A stretch of 24,000 nucleotides of DNA from Cohaesibacter sp. (GTDB lineage Bacteria; Pseudomonadota; Alphaproteobacteria; Rhizobiales; MH13), in contig CP121339.1 in NCBI GenBank assembly GCA_043513735.1, positions 1,415,000 through 1,438,999 of the forward strand, in the 5' to 3' direction. Shown in pieces: positions 8,391 through 18,161 of the stretch. Position 1 is the stretch's first letter. The number at the start of each line of letters is the position of its first letter. Made by a program: the position numbers and the translations under genes. Under the pieces are notes generated by a model that saw nothing but the letters and a program-made list of their open reading frames with translations, was not told the origin of the DNA and searched no databases.

Positions 8391-8927
8391 TCACCGAAAA
8401 CCGATGAACTCCACATAGTCGTCGAGAACCGATTCCCACCAAACCAAGTCATCGCGGAACGTTTCCAGCGATATGCCGTGGCGGGTGTTGATCGCGAACT
8501 GGATGACCGCATCGCCATCATCGCGGATATAAGCCTTGCCGAACCGACGGCTGGAGTTCCATTCGTTCATCTGGTCGATGGTCAAGCCGTCCATCTCAAA
8601 CGATGCGGTGAAGGACAGGTCCGCACAATCAGGCTCGCAGTTGTAAACATCCACCGCGAAGTTGATGTCGTTGACGGTAGCCGCAATGTAACGATCGCCA
8701 TTGTTATCGCTTTCAAACCGCGCCGTGCCGATTTCAGCAACGATGGGGCAGAGTTCGTCGAGGACGGCGAATACCATGCCTGATGGACCAGACCCTGTGC
8801 AAGCGGCGGCAGGTGGAGGCCGTTTTTGGGCCATTGCCGTGGACTGCAACCCGGTGGCCAGTGCGAAGGCGACTGCCGTCGCGGCGATCACCGCCAATAG
8901 ATGAAGTTTGCGCGTTTGCGTTGCCAT
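8391..8927 (-). CDS. YbjN-domain protein with N-terminal signal peptide
   Basis: I prefer the ATG at 8927 (MATQTRKLHLLAVIAATAVAFALATG...), which is preceded by AGGGAGAG. The C-terminal two-thirds resembles the YbjN family (INFAVDVYNCEP.CADLSFTASF...MNEWNSSRRFGKAYIRDDGD...FIGF), from memory. The 35 extra codons in the ORF track lack an RBS. Confidence 0.65.
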   Translation of the reverse strand: MATQTRKLHLLAVIAATAVAFALATGLQSTAMAQKRPPPAAACTGSGPSGMVFAVLDELCPIVAEIGTARFESDNNGDRYIAATVNDINFAVDVYNCEPDCADLSFTASFEMDGLTIDQMNEWNSSRRFGKAYIRDDGDAVIQFAINTRHGISLETFRDDLVWWESVLDDYVEFIGFR

Positions 8928-9041
8928 GGCCACTCTCCCTCTGCCAAGCCAGCCGACGTTCTTTGACGCCGTTGTGCAAAATCTGCATGGCAATTGGCGC
9001 AACGTCAAACCTCCGCGGTCCATTGTCCTCAATACAGCCGG

Positions 9042-9503
9042 TTATTGGTCTGCCCGTTGCCAGGTGCCTGTCTCCGATTGGCGCCAATAGGAAAGCGTGT
9101 GACCGCCATCGCGGAGCGTCTTCCAAACACCGCGCGCCGCCTGAACTGTGTCAGATTTTGTACCGTCAAACATCAATATGGCGCGCTCATAAACGCTCAA
9201 TTCATGATCTTCGCTTGGCAACGCGCCTTCGACAAAAAACCGAACGGCGGCGCCATTGGGATTGTCGGAAGTCGCCGACAACCAGATCGGTTGGCGCTCA
9301 CGATCGGCCGCCCCCTCGCCCGCGTGCGGCAAAAAGCTAGCCTCACTGAACGTCCACAAATGGTCGTCCAGTTCATGGATGCGCGAGGGCTCACCGACTT
9401 CAATAACGACCCGCCAGTCGCGCTCCAAGCATTTCGCCAAAAGCTGCGGCAAGGCGGTCTCCAGGCTGATCGTCTGCAAATGGTAAAACGCAACCTCAGC
9501 CAT
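9042..9503 (-). CDS. holC: DNA polymerase III chi subunit
   Basis: About 153 aa. The N-terminus is chi-like (AEVAFYHL...LPQLLAKCLERDWRVVI...LDDHLWTF...FLPH). It sits immediately downstream of pepA, the conserved pepA-holC pair. I prefer the ATG at 9503 over the TTG at 9506. Confidence 0.85.
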   Translation of the reverse strand: MAEVAFYHLQTISLETALPQLLAKCLERDWRVVIEVGEPSRIHELDDHLWTFSEASFLPHAGEGAADRERQPIWLSATSDNPNGAAVRFFVEGALPSEDHELSVYERAILMFDGTKSDTVQAARGVWKTLRDGGHTLSYWRQSETGTWQRADQ

Positions 9504-9512
9504 CAATCACCA

Positions 9513-11027
9513 TCAGGATTCTTCGTGGACGGCGCGGATGTAGTCGTTCAAAAGGCGCACACCAAACCCTGACCCAAACGACTGGTTGATCGCCGATTTA
9601 GGCGCCGACATTGCGGTGCCCGCGACATCCAGATGCGCCCATGGCGTATCGCCAACAAAGCGGGCGAGGAACTGCGCAGCCGTGATGGAACCGGCAAACC
9701 GCCCACCGGTGTTCTTCATGTCGGCGAACCGCGAGTTGATCATCTTGTCGTAGGCCGGCCCAATCGGCAGACGCCAGACTTTCTCGCCGGTGCGCTGGCC
9801 AGCTTCGTGAAGATCGGTCGCCAGGTCATCATCGTTGGAGAAAAGGCCAGCGTGCTCCTGGCCGAGCGCGACAAGGATCGCTCCGGTGAGCGTGGCCAAG
9901 TTGATCATCACCTTCGGCTCGTAGGTCGTGCGCGTATAATGCAGCGCGTCAGCCAAGACCAAGCGCCCTTCCGCATCGGTGTTGATGATCTCGATGGTTT
10001 TGCCGGCCATGGAGGTCACAATATCGCCCGGGCGCTGGGCTTTGCCGTCCGGCATGTTTTCGACCAGCCCGATGACGCCGACGGCGTTCACCCTGGCCTT
10101 GCGGGCCGCCAAGGTGTGCATGAGGCCGACCACGCAGGCGGCGCCGCCCATATCGCCCTTCATGTCTTCCATGCCAGCTGATGGCTTGATCGAGATCCCC
10201 CCGGTATCGAAGACAACACCCTTGCCGACAATGGCGACCGGCTTGTCATTGGAGCCGCCCTTCCATTCCATGATGGCGAGACGCGCAGGCTTTTCTGAGC
10301 CTTGAGCGACACCTAACAGTGCGCCCATGCCTAGATCTTCCATGGCATCATCATCAAGCACGGTCACCTCAACGCCAAGTTCATCAAGGGCCTGGGCGAC
10401 ACCTGCAAATTCTTCTGGTCCAAGAACGTTTGGCGGTTCGTTGACCAGGTCGCGCGCAAGAATGGTGCCTGAGGCAATTGCATCGGCGTGTTGGAACGCG
10501 GCTTCCAGCGCCGATGTGTCAGCGCTTAGCACAGTGACGGCCAGCGATTGCGGTGGCGTCTCTTCTTCGCCGTTCTCGTCGTCTTTTTCCGGACGGCTCT
10601 TGTATCGATCGAAGCGATACGCCCCGAGTTTCAACCCAGCCAAGATGGATGCCGCTTCATCCGCCGCCATATCGTCAAAGACGATTGTCGCAGCGCTGGC
10701 CTTGGACAGTGCGGATGCGATTTTTCCACCGAGCATCAGATGGGGTTCGGGGTCTTTGGCCTTTTCCGGATTGGCGCCAATCAGGATCACCTGATCAACA
10801 GGGGCCTTTGGCACCGCGTAGAGCCTAACCGTTTCGCCCCAACCGGCCTTGAAATCTGCCGCCTTGGCGCCGGCGGAAAGCGCTCCATCGCCAGATGAAT
10901 CGAGTTGCGAAGCAGAGCCCGCAAACGAATCTGCGCTTGGTGCAAAAACAACCAGCGGACCCTTGGGAATGTCGGGAAACTTTGATTTGGCGTCGTGAGC
11001 GGCAAAGGTGAAGGAAAGCTCAGGCAT
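9513..11027 (-). CDS. pepA: Leucyl aminopeptidase (M17 family)
   Basis: The M17 signature [14 protein letters not shown] and the metal-ligand blocks [16 protein letters not shown] and [10 protein letters not shown] are present. I prefer the ATG at 11027 (MPELSFTF), which is preceded by GAGGA. The 30-codon upstream extension in the ORF track is not needed. Confidence 0.93.
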   Translation of the reverse strand: MPELSFTFAAHDAKSKFPDIPKGPLVVFAPSADSFAGSASQLDSSGDGALSAGAKAADFKAGWGETVRLYAVPKAPVDQVILIGANPEKAKDPEPHLMLGGKIASALSKASAATIVFDDMAADEAASILAGLKLGAYRFDRYKSRPEKDDENGEEETPPQSLAVTVLSADTSALEAAFQHADAIASGTILARDLVNEPPNVLGPEEFAGVAQALDELGVEVTVLDDDAMEDLGMGALLGVAQGSEKPARLAIMEWKGGSNDKPVAIVGKGVVFDTGGISIKPSAGMEDMKGDMGGAACVVGLMHTLAARKARVNAVGVIGLVENMPDGKAQRPGDIVTSMAGKTIEIINTDAEGRLVLADALHYTRTTYEPKVMINLATLTGAILVALGQEHAGLFSNDDDLATDLHEAGQRTGEKVWRLPIGPAYDKMINSRFADMKNTGGRFAGSITAAQFLARFVGDTPWAHLDVAGTAMSAPKSAINQSFGSGFGVRLLNDYIRAVHEES

Positions 11028-11356
11028 TGAATCCTCGTTATGCGTAAGGGTGTGCTGCGCCCGGCCGGGCGCACAATCGTTGGGTTCTGAGGTGGCGCAT
11101 GGCGCGCGTTTTGGCAAGCGTCACCGGGGCATTTGCATCGTGCGCGCTCGGACGACCACATGGTGGCTGGGCATCACCGACGATCTTGTTTACAAAGGCT
11201 TAACCCATTTTCTTGGTCGAACTTTAGCCATTGTGGGTGGCAATGAAGGTTGGGGATTGATGCAACTGTCAGGCAACCAGCTCGGGCAGTTGGGCGCATG
11301 GTTAAGCAGCAGGTGTAAAACCTGTTGCTGGCTTAGGCGCAGGGAGTATTCGACGT

Positions 11357-12532
11357 TTGACGTTCAATCGTGTCAGCCTGTTTGACCGCTATCTGTTTCG
11401 TCAGGTGGTGCTGACCTTTGTCGGCATGCTTATCGCCATGACGGCGGTAATCGTGTGCGTGGTCGCGCTGCAGGAACTGGACGTCGTTACCAATCAGGGC
11501 GCGGCGCTGGCGACGTTTGCCGTCCTCACGATTTTGAACATGCCGCAGATGCTCAGCGTCGTGGCGCCGATCGCATTTTTTCTGGCTCTCTTGATGACGC
11601 TTAATCGTCTGAGTGCAGAGAGCGAGATCGTCGTTGTCAACGCATCCGGCGGAAGCCCGATGAGCCTACTTCGCCCCGTCATGGCGAGTGCGTTGGTTGT
11701 CAGCCTGCTGGTTGCGGTTCTTGGTCACTTGGTCGCGCCACCCGCCCAGAAGGCTTGGCGGTTTTTGATCAGCGACGTTCGTGCCGACCTTCTTGCCACT
11801 GTCGTTCGCGAAGGTGCTTTTTCCTCGCTCCAGGAAGGTTTGACGTTTCACATGCGGGCGCGCGAACCGGGCGGCATCCTGGCTGATATCATGATCGCCG
11901 ATACGCGCGACTACCCGCACGAAACGATCTACTTCGCTCAAAGAGGCACCGTTGTGCGTGGCGAACAGGGTGCATTTCTGTCAGTCGATGACGGTGTCAT
12001 CCAGCGCCGAACAGTTTCAGCCTCGGGCCGGGTCAACACGGCTTTCCTCTATTTTGATAGCTATTCGATCGATCTGAGCTTCACAGATCGCGCCACCGCC
12101 CCTGGCTTTCTCAAGCCTTCAGAGCGATCCACGTTTTATTTGCTGAATCCTGACGAGGATGATGCGTTTTTCGTCAGCCAACGCGGTCGGTTCTTGGCCG
12201 AACTACACAACCGAATGGCTTTGCCGTTTTATCCCTTCGCCTTCGCAATGATCATAGCCCTGGCACTTGGAACACCACACTCCGGAAGGGCTGGACGGGC
12301 AAAACGGGTTCTATCTGCGATTGGTGGAGGCGCTGTCGTCCTTGGCGCGCAATTTGGTGCGTCAAGCATCATTCCATTGGCACACTTCACCTGGCCAATC
12401 CTCTATGTGATCCCGCTCCTTATGGTGTCACTGGGGTGGCTTGCGATTTCGAAGCGGATTGATTTTGCGTCGCTTCTGTACCGAACTCCATTGATCAGGA
12501 AGGCTAAGGCACTTCCTCAGGCGGCGGAGTAG
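11357..12532 (+). CDS. lptF: LPS export ABC transporter permease LptF
   Basis: 391 aa of the YjgP/YjgQ permease type. It has the N-terminal LFDRYLFRQV motif, multiple TM helices and a large central periplasmic domain. It is divergent from pepA and followed by lptG. The TTG start is 10 nt after AGGGAG. Confidence 0.88.
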   Translation: MTFNRVSLFDRYLFRQVVLTFVGMLIAMTAVIVCVVALQELDVVTNQGAALATFAVLTILNMPQMLSVVAPIAFFLALLMTLNRLSAESEIVVVNASGGSPMSLLRPVMASALVVSLLVAVLGHLVAPPAQKAWRFLISDVRADLLATVVREGAFSSLQEGLTFHMRAREPGGILADIMIADTRDYPHETIYFAQRGTVVRGEQGAFLSVDDGVIQRRTVSASGRVNTAFLYFDSYSIDLSFTDRATAPGFLKPSERSTFYLLNPDEDDAFFVSQRGRFLAELHNRMALPFYPFAFAMIIALALGTPHSGRAGRAKRVLSAIGGGAVVLGAQFGASSIIPLAHFTWPILYVIPLLMVSLGWLAISKRIDFASLLYRTPLIRKAKALPQAAE

Positions 12533-12534
12533 TC

Positions 12535-13623
12535 ATGCGACTGTCAGCCTCTCTCAATCGCTATCTCGCCTTGGCTTTCTCCAAGCATGTTGGGTTTGTG
12601 TTTCTTGGCGCCTTTGCGTTGATGCTTATGGTCGACGTCATGGAGCTGACGCGGCGGGGCGCCGACTTAGAGATCCCAATCCAAGCGATTTTCGCGATAT
12701 CTGCCATGCGGCTACCCTCTCTAGCTGAGCAGTTGGTGCCGTTTGCCGTGCTGATCGGTGCGTTGATGACGCTGGTCGCCCTCTCGCGTCGGTCAGAACT
12801 TATCATTGCTCGAGCCTCTGGACTTTCAGCCTGGCAGTTTTTGATACCATTGATTGTGGTAGCTGCGCTCGTCGGGATTGCCGCCTCGTGGCTCTACAAT
12901 CCGTTTTCAGCCAGCCTTAAGGTGCGTTCAGACGCCATTCTAGCGGAGCGGTTTGCCGGCAGCACAACCAATGTCGATCCCGAACGGGAGATTTGGTTCC
13001 GCCAGTCCACCGGCGAGATCATGACTCTGGTGCGAGCCGCGTCAGCGACCGACGCCGGCCAGACGCTAAATCAGGTTAGCGCCATGCTGTTTGACGAAAA
13101 CGGTGACTTCAACCAGCGGGTCGATGCGGATCGCGCCGTGTTGCGCAACGGCGCGTGGAACATGACGGATGTGACGATGACTGACACGCAAGGAGAATCG
13201 CGTGTCGTCGAGGTTTTTTCGCTCGCCACACCACTGACGGCCGATGATGTATTAGGACGGTTCACACCGCCCAGTTCTGTGCCAATTTGGGACCTGCCCG
13301 ACCTTGCAAATAAGGCACAGCAGGCGGGCATTGCGTCCGATCGCTACAGATTCCAATTTCAGGCCTTGCTCGCACGGCCCATGCTGCTTATGGCCATGGT
13401 GTTGGTGGCCGCGACCGTGTCTTTGCGGTTCTCTCGGCATGGGGGAACGACAAAGCTGGTAGTGGCCGGTTTGAGTGCTGGATTTATCGTGTTTGTGGTC
13501 AACGAAATCGCGGGCGACTTGGGCGGAGCTGGATTGGTCAATCCGGTCCTGGCAGCATGGGTGCCACCGATCGCCGCCGGCCTTTTTGGTATAACGGCCT
13601 TGCTGCACCTGGAGGACGGGTGA
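12535..13623 (+). CDS. lptG: LPS export ABC transporter permease LptG
   Basis: 362 aa and a paralog of the preceding permease (LNRYLALAF..., TM helices plus a periplasmic beta-jellyroll region). It begins 2 nt after the lptF stop. Confidence 0.88.
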   Translation: MRLSASLNRYLALAFSKHVGFVFLGAFALMLMVDVMELTRRGADLEIPIQAIFAISAMRLPSLAEQLVPFAVLIGALMTLVALSRRSELIIARASGLSAWQFLIPLIVVAALVGIAASWLYNPFSASLKVRSDAILAERFAGSTTNVDPEREIWFRQSTGEIMTLVRAASATDAGQTLNQVSAMLFDENGDFNQRVDADRAVLRNGAWNMTDVTMTDTQGESRVVEVFSLATPLTADDVLGRFTPPSSVPIWDLPDLANKAQQAGIASDRYRFQFQALLARPMLLMAMVLVAATVSLRFSRHGGTTKLVVAGLSAGFIVFVVNEIAGDLGGAGLVNPVLAAWVPPIAAGLFGITALLHLEDG

Positions 13624-15995
13624 GCTTGGCTGGGTTTCGCTTTTCTTCTCGTATCTTTCGCATAAGCATGATGCTAGCGGTTGCCGGGTCCCTAGTGCTC
13701 ACTGGGGTGGGCACCGGACTTGGCGTGAGTGGTGTTGCGCTCGCGCAGATCACACCAGGCTTCGACCAAGCCGATCCTGATGCGCAGATGTTCCTGGAAG
13801 CGGACGAACTCCTCTACAATGAAGGCGTAAATACCGTCACCGCCCTGGGCAATGTGACGATCTTTTACGATGGCTACACGGTTGACGCCGACGAGGTCGT
13901 GTACGATCGCGCACAGGGTCGTGTGCTGGCGCGCGGAAACGTGATCTTGGTCGAACCAAGCGGCAACATCATCCGTGCAACGTCTGCTGATCTCAGTGAC
14001 ACGCTGGCCGAGGGCTTTGTCGATGCGCTCAGCGTGGAGACGCCCGAACGTGGCTTTTTCACTGCCCGTAACGCCACCCGCCGTGAGGGTTCTGAAACCG
14101 AGTTCGACCAAGGAACCTACACAGCCTGTGAGGCCTGCCCAGAAAATCCCGACCGGCCCCGCGCTTGGATGTTCCATGCCGACACGATCACGTACGATGA
14201 AGAAGACCAGATGGTCTATTATCGTAATGTGCGGTTGGACTTTTTCGGGATACCGATCGTTTGGCTACCCTTCTTTGCCCACACCGACCCAACGGTCGAG
14301 CGCAAGAGCGGATTCCTTCGCCCTGACTACGTGCTTGACGGCGATTTGGGTTTCGCCATTTCGACACCCTACTATTTTGCGCTTGATCCCAGCTATGATC
14401 TGACGGTGACCCCAACGTTCTTCTCGGGTCAGGCGTTTCATCTTGAAGCGGAATGGCGTCAGCGACTCGAAAATGGGGCCTACAGCGTCCGCGTCTCTGG
14501 CGCCGGTCAGTTTGACGATGACGTGTTCAACAATCAGCCTGGCGATCAGGATTGGCGCGGCGGCATTGCGAGCAACGGAGCTTTTTCGCTGAATGAGCGC
14601 TGGGATTTCGGCTGGAATCTCTACCTGCAGTCAGACCGTCGCTACTTTCGTGATTATTCGATTGAAACAGAAGGCGCGAGCCAGGTCATTTCCGACGTTT
14701 ATCTGACTGGGCTTCACGACCGCAGTTATTTCGACGCACGCGTAGAACGCATCCAGGTTGCGACAATTTCAGAAGGCGATCAGAACCAACCCTGGACCTT
14801 GCCGGTGGTCGATTATGATCGCCGCTTCACCCCAGATCATGTTGGTGGCGAGTTGCAGGTTCTGGCCAACTTAACAACGACGGTTCGTGAAGATGCGTTC
14901 GTTGACCCTGTAACGCGACCGACCGGTGCAACCAATGTGTACGAGGGCCTTGATGGCCAAATGAGCCGCGCGACGCTGGATGTATCGTGGCGGCGCGAGT
15001 TCATCGGGCCGCTCGGCCAGGTCTTCACACCGCAGGTCGGGTTCCGTGGTGACGTTATTGGCTACAATCTTGGTAGCGAGGCCAACGTCGTGTTCGCTGA
15101 CGGTGAAAACTCCTTCGCGCGCGGTATGGCATCCGCGGGTCTGGAATGGCGCTGGCCGTTCCTGATCACTACCCCAGGCAGCAGCCATGTTGTGGAGCCA
15201 GTCGCCCAACTCATCGTGCGCCCGGACGCTGGCCATCTTGGCGAGGTGCCGATCGAGGATTCGCAAAGCCTCGTCTTTGACGCGTCTAACCTGTTCGATT
15301 GGGACAAATATTCCGGCTATGATCAGATGGAAGGCGGAACCCGCGCCAATGTTGGCGTGCGGTACACTGGAACGTTCGACAATGGCTTGTCCCTGAGTGC
15401 GATCATCGGGCAATCCTTTCACCTGGCGGGCGAAAATCCATACGCCTGGTCGCAAACTGGCACCAACATTCTCACGCCCAACGGTGAGGACAGCGGACTT
15501 GAAACTGATCAGTCCGATTATGTTGCGATGCTGACCGCTCGTCTGCAGAATCGGCTTTCTCTGACCGCATCAGGGCGTTTTGACGAGGACGATTTTGACT
15601 TGGAGCGTGGTGAGCTTTTGGCGTCAGCCTCGCATGGTCGCGTCGCCGGCGCAGCTACCTACGCTTATTTGGCGGCGCAGCCCAATCGCGGCATCACCGA
15701 CGATCAGCACCAGATTGCCGGCTCAGCTTCGCTGCAAGTCAATAGCAGTTGGCGCGTTGCTGGCAGCGTCCAGTACGATTTGGAGCGAAGCCATATCCTC
15801 GGATACGGCGCAGGGATTCAATATGTCTGCGACTGTTTGGGCATTGGGTTGAACTATACCTACACGTCACCGGATGGGAATGACGGCGTTTCGGACAGTC
15901 GGGTTATGCTGAACGTTTCGCTGCGCACCATTGGCGCTTTTGAAACACAGGTGCTGAACAACGACCAGTTCAACAGCGTGTTTGGAGCGCAATAG
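13620..15995 (+). CDS. lptD: LPS-assembly outer-membrane protein LptD
   Basis: It has an OstA-like N-domain (LEADELLYNEGVNTVTALGNVTIFYDGYTVDADEVVYD...ARGNV) and a long beta-barrel C-domain rich in Y/F/G/N/D. The start is ambiguous. The GTG at 13620 overlaps the lptG stop (GTGA) and gives a basic n-region plus the hydrophobic MMLAVAGSLVLTGVGTGLGVSGVALA/Q. The ATG at 13668 is the alternative. The 13557 start in the ORF track overlaps lptG by 67 nt and is unlikely. Confidence 0.9.
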   Translation: MSLAGFRFSSRIFRISMMLAVAGSLVLTGVGTGLGVSGVALAQITPGFDQADPDAQMFLEADELLYNEGVNTVTALGNVTIFYDGYTVDADEVVYDRAQGRVLARGNVILVEPSGNIIRATSADLSDTLAEGFVDALSVETPERGFFTARNATRREGSETEFDQGTYTACEACPENPDRPRAWMFHADTITYDEEDQMVYYRNVRLDFFGIPIVWLPFFAHTDPTVERKSGFLRPDYVLDGDLGFAISTPYYFALDPSYDLTVTPTFFSGQAFHLEAEWRQRLENGAYSVRVSGAGQFDDDVFNNQPGDQDWRGGIASNGAFSLNERWDFGWNLYLQSDRRYFRDYSIETEGASQVISDVYLTGLHDRSYFDARVERIQVATISEGDQNQPWTLPVVDYDRRFTPDHVGGELQVLANLTTTVREDAFVDPVTRPTGATNVYEGLDGQMSRATLDVSWRREFIGPLGQVFTPQVGFRGDVIGYNLGSEANVVFADGENSFARGMASAGLEWRWPFLITTPGSSHVVEPVAQLIVRPDAGHLGEVPIEDSQSLVFDASNLFDWDKYSGYDQMEGGTRANVGVRYTGTFDNGLSLSAIIGQSFHLAGENPYAWSQTGTNILTPNGEDSGLETDQSDYVAMLTARLQNRLSLTASGRFDEDDFDLERGELLASASHGRVAGAATYAYLAAQPNRGITDDQHQIAGSASLQVNSSWRVAGSVQYDLERSHILGYGAGIQYVCDCLGIGLNYTYTSPDGNDGVSDSRVMLNVSLRTIGAFETQVLNNDQFNSVFGAQ

Positions 15996-16118
15996 AACGT
16001 CAGGGGCTGATTTTCGGCACAATTGGGATGCACGCGCAGGTCGATTGAAATCGTCTCTCTCCCTGAACAGTGAGAAGTCGGCGATTTCTGATAGAATCTG
16101 CGTAAAAAGGACGTTGGA

Positions 16119-17111
16119 ATGATGGGTGCTAGATCCGTACGGAAATCAATGGATTCGCTTAAACGGCGTCGCAGGGGATTTCATACGCTTCTGGTTGGTT
16201 GCGTTATTGGTCTTGCAGCTCCGACCATCATGGACGTCGCGAGTGCCCCGTCTTTTGCGCAGTCGGTTTACACGGCCATCCTGGTTAACGACGTGCCGAT
16301 CAGCAATTACGACATCAATGCTAGAGCTGCGTTGCTCCGGCTCCAGGGTGGTTCGAGTTCACAGGCTGAGGAAGAATTAATCGATGAAGCTTTGCAGCGC
16401 GCCGAGGCGCGTCGCCTTGGCATTTCCGTCACGCAAGCCGAACTCGACCAAGCCCTACAGACCATCGCTTCACGATCAGGTTTGTCGGTTTCGCAGCTTG
16501 GGCAGGCGCTTGGCCAACGTGGTGTAGACTTGGCGACACTCCGCGACAGCATTGAGGCACAAATCCTTTGGGACCAGGTCATTCGCGCACGATTTCAGGC
16601 GACCGTGCGCGTCGATGAGCAGGATGTGCTTGCGGCTCTTGACGACCGCTCTGGCGATGACAGCGGATCTGAGTTGACGACCACCGAATACACGTTGCGC
16701 GAGGTGGTTTTCGTCGTCCCAGAAGGTGCCGGCTCGAATACGCGCGAACAACGTCGCCGTGAGGCTGCGGCCTTTCGTTCTCGCTTTGAATCATGTGCTG
16801 CCGGCATATCGTCCGCGCGTCAGCTCAACGGCGTGGTCATTCAAAACGAAACGCGGCGTTTTTCCGCTGATTTGTCACCTGAACTTGATGGGCTTTTGCA
16901 GGAAACACCCGTTGGTCGTCTTACGCCGCCAGAAGATGCAACCGAAGGCGTGGTGATGTTCGCTGTCTGCAACAAGCGAGACGTGCGCTCCGATGCTGAG
17001 GCACGCCGGGATGTGGAAAGCGAACTGCGCAACGAGGAAGGGCTGCTGCTCTCGCGTGGCTATCTTCGTGACTTACGCGCTTCAGCGACCATCTTGCGCC
17101 CCAATAACTGA
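16119..17111 (+). CDS. surA: SurA-like periplasmic chaperone (SurA N-terminal domain protein)
   Basis: 330 aa with a signal peptide (LLVGCVIGLAAPTIMDVASAPSFA/QS). The N-domain pattern is SurA-like (ILVNDVPISNYDIN.R...). Its position in the conserved lptD-surA-pdxA-rsmA order supports the call. AAGGA lies 7 nt upstream of the ATG. The C-terminal half looks at most like a degenerate parvulin domain. Confidence 0.7.
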   Translation: MMGARSVRKSMDSLKRRRRGFHTLLVGCVIGLAAPTIMDVASAPSFAQSVYTAILVNDVPISNYDINARAALLRLQGGSSSQAEEELIDEALQRAEARRLGISVTQAELDQALQTIASRSGLSVSQLGQALGQRGVDLATLRDSIEAQILWDQVIRARFQATVRVDEQDVLAALDDRSGDDSGSELTTTEYTLREVVFVVPEGAGSNTREQRRREAAAFRSRFESCAAGISSARQLNGVVIQNETRRFSADLSPELDGLLQETPVGRLTPPEDATEGVVMFAVCNKRDVRSDAEARRDVESELRNEEGLLLSRGYLRDLRASATILRPNN

Positions 17112-17123
17112 TCGCGCCTGCTG

Positions 17124-18161
17124 ATGCCTGATGCACTCCTAGGCGGTCGCCCGCTAGCCGTCTCCATGGGCGAACCGGCTGGCGTGGGTCCAGATATCAT
17201 TCTTCGGGCGCTTACATCCCTTCAGGCCGATCCTGAGGCACCGCGTATTGTGGTTTTTGGTGATCCAGCCCTGTTGGAAAGCCGTGCCAAACGCCTGGAG
17301 CTCGACCTCTCAGTCTGCGCGTTGGACAACGTTGATGATCTTCAGGGGTATCGACGCAACACGCTCGTCGTTGTCGATGTTGGCAGGGTTGAAGACAGAC
17401 CGGGCATGCTGGACGAGAGCACTGGAAAGGCTACCGTATCCGCGCTTCGCACAGCGCTTGACGCCGTTCGCGATGGACGCTGCTCCGGGTTGGTGACCGC
17501 GCCCATCCACAAGGCCAATCTCTACGCTACCGGCTTTGCGTTTCCTGGCCACACAGAGTTTCTGGAAGCCTATGCACGCGAGAACTGGCCCGAAGCCCAT
17601 CCTCTGGCCGTCATGATGCTTACCGGACCGGAGCTGCGCACAGTTCCTGTTACCGTGCATATCCCATTAAGCGAGGTCGCCAGTTCCTTAACAACGCAAC
17701 GCATCGTTGATGTCGGAGAGGTTGTGGCGCGCGACCTCAAACAACGTTTTGGCGTCGACAACCCGCGCTTGGCGATCGCTGGGCTTAACCCCCATGCTGG
17801 TGAAGAAGGGTCTTTGGGCAAGGAAGACGATGCAATTATCGCGCCGGCCGTCACGCAGCTCGGCCAACAGGGTATCCAGGCGCTCGGACCATTGCCGGCA
17901 GACACAATGTTCCATGCTGAAGCGCGACAAGCCTTCGACGCGGCGCTTTGCATGTATCACGATCAAGCTCTGATCCCGGTCAAAGCTCTCGACTTCCACA
18001 ACACCGTCAATGTCACCCTCGGTTTGCCGTTCGTGCGGACGTCGCCGGACCATGGCACGGCGCTTTCACTGGCCGGCACTGGCAAAGCTTCACCGGCCAG
18101 CATGATCGCGGCCATCAGACTGGCGGCACAGATGGCTGAACGCGCCCGAGAAACCGTGTGA
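17124..18161 (+). CDS. pdxA: 4-hydroxythreonine-4-phosphate dehydrogenase
   Basis: 345 aa. PdxA blocks GEPAGVGPDI, APIHK, FPGHTEFL, GLNPHAGE, YHDQALIP and TSPDHGTA are present. Confidence 0.93.
   Translation: MPDALLGGRPLAVSMGEPAGVGPDIILRALTSLQADPEAPRIVVFGDPALLESRAKRLELDLSVCALDNVDDLQGYRRNTLVVVDVGRVEDRPGMLDESTGKATVSALRTALDAVRDGRCSGLVTAPIHKANLYATGFAFPGHTEFLEAYARENWPEAHPLAVMMLTGPELRTVPVTVHIPLSEVASSLTTQRIVDVGEVVARDLKQRFGVDNPRLAIAGLNPHAGEEGSLGKEDDAIIAPAVTQLGQQGIQALGPLPADTMFHAEARQAFDAALCMYHDQALIPVKALDFHNTVNVTLGLPFVRTSPDHGTALSLAGTGKASPASMIAAIRLAAQMAERARETV

Noticed and set aside
11008-11385. 125-aa + strand ORF spanning the whole pepA-lptF intergenic region
   Set aside because: It starts antisense inside pepA. 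It is rich in Cys, Trp and Arg, has no RBS and shows no family resemblance. It is probably non-coding promoter and leader DNA.
13557-13619. Upstream lptD start overlapping lptG by 67 nt
   Set aside because: The extension (MGATDRRRPFWYNGLAAPGGR) precedes the signal-peptide-like region and overlaps lptG coding sequence. The GTG at 13620 (GTGA coupling) or the ATG at 13668 is more plausible.
658-15455. Other long antisense ORFs: 658..1356(-), 5128..5697(+), 7175..7807(-), 8783..9340(+), 8994..9572(+), 9633..10181(+), 14871..15455(-)
   Set aside because: Each is nested opposite a confidently identified housekeeping gene (purM/purN, ndk, ABC-F, holC, pepA, lptD). None shows a domain signature, signal peptide or RBS context.
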